Assembly: GCF_001447785.1 (NCBI RefSeq)
Contig: NW_015177013.1
Span: 777,064 to 837,337 of the forward strand
DNA length: 60,274 nucleotides
Source: Gekko japonicus
Lineage: Eukaryota
Reading direction: 5' to 3'
Part shown: positions 52,130-60,274 of the stretch, one piece after another
Numbering within the stretch: position 1 is the stretch's first letter
How the letters are laid out: each line of letters starts with the position of its first letter
Notes under the pieces: model-generated
Told to the model about the DNA's origin: nothing
Database searches by the model: none
Seen by the model: only the letters and a program-made list of their open reading frames with translations
Translations under genes and position numbers: made by a program

Positions 52130-54295
52130 CAGTCTTGGCCCAAAAATCAGATGGATTTTATCTCAGAGACATTATGGATAATATCTGCAAAACAATTAAT
52201 ATTATTCAGTATGCTGGAAGTCACGGTTTGCCCTCAACATTCATCTTAGCTATTGACATAGAGAAAGCATTTGATAGCCTTGGAAAAAAGTACTTGTCAC
52301 TGTTAAAGCATATGAATTTTGGCCCTAGATTTTACACTGCTGTTTCTGCTTTATATTACTCGCCTTCAACATGTTTCAGGATTAATGGTTGCAACTCAGA
52401 AGATTTCTTTTTGGGTAGGGGCACAAGACAGGGTTTTCCCCTATCGCCACTGCTTTTTGCCCGATCCCAAAGTCACGTTCCCTGCAGTCTTGGATCTCTT
52501 GACACAATTTGGGAGGGTTTCTGGTTTGAAAGTTAATGCAAAGAAAACAACCCTTTATTCAATGTCTCTGTCAGAATTGAATAAAACTTATTTTAATGTT
52601 AATTTTAATTTTGTTTGGGCCAACAACAACTGGAAGTATCTCGGAGTGATTGAGTGATTATTCCCTCAAAGCTGACTGATTTTATTAAATACAATCATTT
52701 GACTCTAGTGATGTCTATTCAGTCTACAATACAGAATTGGAAAACAATGCCATTATCTTGGCCTGAAAGAGTCTCTCTTATAAAATCCATCTTATTTCCA
52801 AAGTTGTTATATATTTTAAGGACCTTACATGTCAATATACCTAAGTTATTGTTATCAAAATGGCAAGCTTTATTACTTCAATTTATGTGGAATCATAAGG
52901 CTTCTAGGATTACTTTGAAGGCATTAAGACAACCAATAGAATCAGGAGGAATTTGTCAATTCCAGATATAAAAACTTACTATGAGGCCATTATTCTCACA
53001 AATATACTTAAATACAATGAGTTGGGATGTACACTGTCTGGAAATATATTGAGGAAATCTGTGGATACCATATAGTCAGCGACCGAAGCTAACTAATGTG
53101 AATCCATATCTAGGGACCATTTTGCAGGTGTGGGATAATTTCAGAAAAAGATACTTACCAAGGTTGTCCTCTTGCTCTACTTTTACCAGCCAGTTGTGGT
53201 TCCCTCCTACGCTGGGTAGTATTTCTTGTATGCTCTGGAAAAAAGCAAATAACATTAGATTTATTGATATTGTTAAAAATTGAATAATATGCAGTAAATT
53301 GCAACTAGAATCTAAAATCCAGGAGCCAATCCCCTGGATAGAATATTTCCAATTACAGCACTTATGTAACACACCAGAGATTAAGAAAGACTTGCTAAAA
53401 TCTGTCACCCCCTTTGAAAAACTGCTTACTACTCTGTAGACTTCTTTAAAAAGTTTGATTCTGAAAATTTATAATATTTTAATTTGCTATGGCAGATCCA
53501 CTTCATTATCTTTTCATAAAGCCTGGATGCTTGATTGTGAGAATTCTTTAACAGATCAAACTTGGGAATGTATTTGGTTCTCTGATTCCCTCCATGCCAC
53601 CTCTTTAAACTTCGTATACCAGACATATAAATTTATCACCTGGATGGTACTCTTCACCAACTAAAATAGCATGTATAAACTGGAAATACAGTTCTCATTG
53701 CTGGCGAGGATGTGGAGGAGAAGGAACATACATTCATTGTCGGTGGCTTTGCCCAATGGTTCTTAAGTTTTGGAAAGATATTGTGCAACAAATAATTTAC
53801 AATTCCTTTTACAATACACTCAGTACTGTTGAATGTTTGGCCTGACTTAGAAATTCCCGACATCCAAAAATTTTAATTGCAATGCTATTATTGGTAGCTT
53901 AAAAAGTGATTGCTTCTCATTGGAAGGCCTCCCAGCTACCTGGGATAAAGGACTGGTATATGTCTCTGTGGGACTATATAATTTTTGATAAAATAGCAGA
54001 TGTTGAGGTCTAATGAGTGTCCTTTGTTTGAGTCAAACTTCCTGAATAAGTTGTACCCGGTATTGGAAAAACTTTTAAAGAATGTAAATTCCCCGTATTC
54101 TTTTAGCAATCATTGTTATTTCAAATTTATTTTGTAATGTAACAATTAAGTTTTGTATAAGGTAGTATTGAAATCTGCCTTGTAGTACAGGTATTTCAAC
54201 TCTGTTGTTAATGTTTTCTTGATGTTCTGTTACTGGTTGATGTTTTGTCACTGATTGATGTTTTTTTGAATATTTAAAATAGTTTTTTTAAAAAG
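52130..54295 (+). mobile_element. L1 ORF2 3' fragment (RT to C-terminal Cys domain), degenerate
   Basis: DIEKAFDSL, RGTRQGFPLSPLLFA, SGLKVN, KYLG, CWRGCG..GTYIHC; A-rich end. Confidence 0.88.
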
Positions 54296-54794
54296 AAGGA
54301 TTTGTAATTATATGCAGGATATGTACTGAAATTTCCTATATCTTGTAAAACAGACTTCACTGTAGTGTGATTGGTGTTTCTAATTATGAAAAGGGTGACA
54401 ATTCTTAGCAAATATAATGCTATGCTGTCTGGTATAAGTAACTGAAAAAGATTAACTGGATTTTGCTAGCTTATCTGGAAGGTTTTCTTTTTTCACTTGC
54501 AATTGTTGACAGTTTGGCATATTGAGTGTGAAATTTGCTCTGTGTTACTTGGACACTTTTCATCTCATGTTGCTTCCAGTTTCCTTGCCAAAAACAAAGC
54601 AAAACTGAGATTAGGCCACAAATGAGAGAAAGGCCATTGAACTGTTGACATTATCCTTTTTTTCTTGTGTTCTAAATGTGCATTCATGGCTATATGTTTT
54701 GGATATAGACTTTTATTGTTCTTTCATTGCAAAGTTATATCCCACTTTTCTGCTCTCATCACAGCCACCAAAGCAGTTAATAGATTAACAACAG

Positions 54795-55855
54795 CCCTGT
54801 GGCCGTTGGCCTGTGGGGTTCTGCAGGGTTTGAGCTTATCTCCAGTGCTGTTTAATATCTATATGAATCTACTGGAAGAGGCCATCAGGAGATATAGGCT
54901 GCAATGTCACCAATATGCAAATGATACCCAGCTCTACTTTTCCACCAAATTCCAAGGATATTATTGATGTTTCTGAACTGGTGCTTGGAATCAGTAACGG
55001 GCTGAATAAGGGTGAATAAGCTGCAACTTAATCCTAACAAGACAGATGTTCTCTGGGTGAGTAGAAAGGCAGGCAGACTGGGGACTTGAGATATGTCCTG
55101 TCTTAGATGAAGTTATATTCCCTTTTAAAATCCAGGTTTGCAGCTTAGGAGTGCTGCTTGATGCAGTGGACACCTTGGAAAATCAGGAGGCAGTGGTAGC
55201 TCAGAGCACTTTTGTCCTAGTCCAGCTGGTGTGTCAGTAGACTCCATTCTGGTTCAGTCAGAACAAGCCACAGTGACCCATGCCTTAATTACATCTAGAC
55301 TGGACTATTGCAATATGCTGTACTTAGGACTACTCTTGAAGATTGCTCATAAACTGTAGCTAGTGTAGAACACTGCAACTATTGCAGAACACTGCAGCTA
55401 GACTACAGGTCGGGGTCAGCTACCAGGAACCTGATACCCCAACACTACAGCAATTCAACTGGTTACCGATCTGCTTCCAAGCCCAATTCAAGGTGGTGTT
55501 CTTGTTCTTTAAAGCCCTACATGGCTTGCGACTGGGGTATCTTGATGGACTGTCTTCTCCCATACATTCCTGGCCAGAAATTAAAATCACAGGGAGAGGC
55601 CCTCCTGACTGTCTTACTAATAAAAGAAGCTTGTGTGGTGGGCACACACGAGAGGGCCGTTTTAGTGGCAGCTCCATGGTTATGGAACTATTTTATTTAG
55701 GACGTCATTTGACTGATTTAGTTTTTTATTTATTGGCAATTTTAATTGAAAGTTTACATTTTAGGATTTTTTATCATTGTTGTTTTATTTACATTGCAAG
55801 CTGCCTTGAGTTCCACAAGGTAGAAAGGCAGCTAATAAATGTCTTAAATAAATCA
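54795..55855 (+). mobile_element. L2 LINE RT/3' fragment
   Basis: CGVLQGLSLSPVLFNIYM, HQYANDTQLY, SRLDYCN. Confidence 0.88.
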
Positions 55856-55859
55856 ACAA

Positions 55860-57005
55860 TAAAACCACATCTTAAAAAACATTAAACTGAACAAAAACTT
55901 ATCATTCAAATAAAACCAGTTAAAGTACACATACAATACAATGAAATACACATCAAAATGGTTAAAAACAGGACAGGAAGAAGGGATCACCCAAACCAGA
56001 GTCTCGGATGATGACTGTAGCTGTTGGGTGGAGAAGGTGGTCCTTCAAGTATGCTGGTCCCAAGCCATGTAAAGCTTCAAAGGTCAGCACCAGCACCTTG
56101 AATTATTCCCAGAAACAGATTGAGAGCCAGTGTAGATGGGCCAGGACTGGAGTGATATAGCCCCTATGACCCACTCCAGTTAAAATCCTAGAGGCAGCAA
56201 TCTGTACGAGTTGAAGTTTCTGAAAACTTTTCAAGGGCAGCCCCATGTAGAGTGCATTGCAATCTAGATGTAACCAGGTTATGTACCACAGTGACCACAT
56301 CTTTTCTTCCCGGGAGAGGCTGCAGCTGGCTAACTAGTCAAAGCTGGTAAAAGGCAGTCCTGGCCACAGCTGTCAACTGCTTATCCAGCAGTCGGCCTGG
56401 GTCCAAGAGCACCCCCAGACAGCAGATCTGTTCCTTCAAGGGGAGTGCAACCCAATCCAGAACAGGTGACATAATAAGTCCCACATCAGCCTTTCAGCTC
56501 ACCAGTAGCACTTCCACCTTGTTATGACTAAGCTTCAGTTTATCAGTTTCACATCCACTCCAAAATTGACTTTAGGCAGTGGTTCAGGGTCTCTACAACC
56601 TCTCTAGTATCAATCTGTGTATTGGTGACAATCCAGGCCAAATTTTCAGATGACCTCACCCAGCTGTTTCATGTAGGTGTTGAAATGCATAGGGGACAAG
56701 ATGGAGCCTTGTGGGATTCCACAGGCCAAAGGCTGAGGAGCTCCATGCCAGTCCTACGATGCCACCTTCTGAAATCTACCCTCCAGGTACAACCAGAACC
56801 ACTGAAAAACGGCACCTTCCAGTCCCAACCCAGAAAGGCAATCCAGAAGTATACTATGATCGATGATATCGAATGCCACTAAGAGGTCCAGAAAAATGAA
56901 AAGAGCTACATTCACTCTGTTGATCTTTGGTGCAGGTCATCCACAAAGGCAGCCAAGACTATTTCAGTCCCATAACCAGGCCAGAAAACAGATTAAAAAG
57001 GATTC
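55860..57005 (-). mobile_element. L2 LINE fragment, tail-to-tail with the preceding copy
   Basis: Reverse strand: LDCNALYMGLPLK..LQLVQ, CGIPQGSILSPMHFN. Confidence 0.85.
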
Positions 57006-57173
57006 AAAGCTCTAAACAGAATTAAAGATTCAGATTTATAAAAATACAGGGTTTAATAAAGGGATGTTGTTAGTATATACTTGCTAGAAGTGTAAATGGC
57101 AGACGTAATCAGGTGGGGGAATGAAGTGAATTATGCTTTTTCAAATGTAAAATAGTCTGCTTTGATCATTTAA

Positions 57174-57329
<156 letters not shown>

Positions 57330-57355
57330 TGATCATTGTATAGATAGCAGGATGA

Positions 57356-57487
<132 letters not shown>

Positions 57488-58594
57488 TAAGAATGCCTTC
57501 ATTTTATTTGCTTTTTGATTTATATCACCTGTTGTCCTGGTCAGAAAGTTGTTCTCTTTACCTTCTGAGCAGTTGTTCTGTGTCTGGATGTTTAATGTGA
57601 CGGCTGTTTATGTTAGATAATTTTATTGCTAGAAGGACCACTGTCATGCAATTAGTAGTCTTGTGCTTGGCCTGGAAGATGCCCTTTAGTTTGAACAAGC
57701 GTAAACAACTAATGCAGGTATATAAAATGACGAAATGCTGGTATTCTGCATTATGTCTATGATAATGTTGATTCGGCACAAAAATATCCAAAACTAATAT
57801 ACAGTATAAACATGTATACTATCAAATATATGATGTATAGTTTGGAGCATTGATTTTTATGTTGTAGATTTGGATTTCTGGAATCCAAAAGACTGCACAG
57901 GTTTTCTAAATCTTTACTGAGACTCTTGTCTTCCCTACTCCCAGAGAAACTACTCTTGAGGGTCAAGGAACCTTCAGAGTGGTATATGAGGCAGTGAGAA
58001 ATTCCATCTGGAAGGAAAGAAAATCAGTAGTGTGTGCACAGGCATCATTTTTCTTTTCCTAACTTTAATCATGCCCGGATTTTGAAGGATTTTTCCACCA
58101 CACTAATAGCCGAAAGTTGTTTTAAAAAAAATTACTCCTTTAGTGCTGTACTCCGTATTTCAGTGAAAGAAGAAAAGCTGAGTCAAGAGAAATATAAGCA
58201 TGCTTGTCCCATTAAAACAAGTAGTACTTCATAACACTGTTCAGTGAAACTGGGCGAATGTTAAGACAAGCTGTACAATTTCAACTAGTTTCGAAAAGTG
58301 TCTGTTTTAGCAATTTTTTGGTTACTGCTTCAAAAGGGGATAAGTGTTTTACCTATTTAGGAACTACTCTGAATGGGCTTTATTTTGTTTGTTCTCAGCA
58401 CACAACGAAATCTGGCTATATAGTATTTGATGTGATCCTTAAATGGCTAAGATTATACATGGGAATAATTGAGGAAGCAGGTTAACTTGCTCTAAGCGGT
58501 GCCTGCACATATGCAAATCAAATTCTCAGGCTCTTGTCTATGAATGGAGGCATGGGTTTCAAACCCTATTTCTCAAAGCCTGGAGTTTGTTCGG

Positions 58595-58790
58595 GGGAGG
58601 GGTAGTTTAGTGGTAGAGCATATACTTTGTATGCAAAAGTTTCCAAGTAGAAACCCTCGTGTTTTTGTTAGAGGATCAGAACTGGTGAGTGCTAGGAAAA
58701 CCTTGGTGTGCCTGAGATCCTGAGGAGCTGCTGTTCCCATCATAGTAGACGATAGTGAGCTAGATGTACCAGAGGTCTAACTGTGATTGG
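58595..58790 (+). mobile_element. Squam2-like SINE, degenerate
   Basis: tagtttagtggtagagcatatactttgtatgca head; body resembles 45330-45533. Confidence 0.55.
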
Positions 58791-59276
58791 TTCTTTAGTT
58801 ATATATATTGAATAATCTCAGCCAATTACGGAAGATGTCCTAACAATGAAAATGCACAAAAGTTGCAATAGATGAGAGAAACAAATGGAAATGAATGGAG
58901 TTAAATAAAGATGAACATGGTTTCAATTAAGGGGCTTAGTGGGGAGAACTATCCCCCCAGCAGTACTTTAACCAGTCTTGAAACAAGACGACACTTGGTG
59001 TCACTTTTCTCTTACACTATTGAACCTGTCATGTGCCAGAATGTTTCCCGAACTCTTGTTTGGATCATGGCATTAGTGAGGTAGTGTTCAAATAGGGGAT
59101 CTCACAATTTATACAAGGGGAGGCGGTAGGAAGGCAGCACATGAAACAAAGTCATGTTCCCAATCTTGCCTTGAATGTGCTTAAATTCTTATGGGTGCCA
59201 TCCCAAATTATATGGTTCTGATAATACTTCCCCTTTTTAAGATCATTTTAATTTACCTGCATAAATTTTCTTTTGA

Positions 59277-59399
<123 letters not shown>

Positions 59400-59409
59400 T
59401 AGAAATTAA

Positions 59410-59703
<294 letters not shown>

Positions 59704-60274
59704 TGATCACCTTTACTCCCCAAAGTACAGACAGGGCACATTTAGCCATATCTGCCACATTTTGTTAGAGAAGGGATGCTGTAATTCTCTATTCAGCCAC
59801 CCAGAATGAGGCTGCATTGCAGTATGAGAATTTCAGAGGGTAAACTACGGTTATTCTGAGACTGCCAATTGCAGCAGAAGAGTGAGAGTGAATATAGAAC
59901 AGCTTTGCATGCATCTCATCAGAGCTTTTCAAATTAAAATAGCTTTTTAGACTTTGGCAACAACCATGTTTATGGATAATGTTGTTCATAATAATACTTG
60001 GATTTGGTTGCATGGGTCGAGCATTACAAGGCCTTTCTGTGTATGTTATTTATCTTCGATGTGGTCTCTGTGCTTCACACCCATGGGATCTAGTGCGCAC
60101 ACGCTGGATCGATTGGCATTGTATTTATTTATTTATTTATTTATTTATTTGTTAAATTTATACCCCGCCCTCCCCCGTAGGGCTCAGCAAGCTCTTTAAC
60201 GGATTTTCGCGCCCAGTCCCTCGGGCATGCGCAGGAACCCCACTGCACATGCCCAGAGGGGTGGGTGCGGACAT

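Overview
Eukaryotic genomic DNA from a squamate reptile, probably a gecko; this is inferred from the repeat content (Sauria SINE, BovB, Squam-type SINEs, abundant DIRS, CR1 and L2). The window lies entirely inside FBXO11 on the + strand. I read 16 consecutive GT-AG coding exons (1633-59617, 1867 nt spliced, one open frame), from [18 protein letters not shown] through the F-box into the CASH/PbH1 repeats. Both gene ends are outside the window. The introns are dominated by retroelements. Five DIRS (tyrosine-recombinase) elements or remnants are present, all sense to the gene, one nested in another and one near-intact at 5.6 kb. There are also CR1, L2, L1, BovB, Penelope-derived hairpins, several SINE families, a solo LTR and a hAT MITE. 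The most notable observations are: (1) a 5' splice-donor consensus about 15-22 nt from the 3' terminus of four DIRS elements whose ends otherwise differ, mirrored in their internal complementary regions (ICRs); (2) a TSD-flanked 1.58-kb ORF1-only 'half-L1' whose ORF1 lacks most of the RRM; (3) short, locally templated insertions, one copied from an FBXO11 exon. Coordinates were counted by eye, repeat boundaries are approximate, and family names come from motif recognition rather than database searches.
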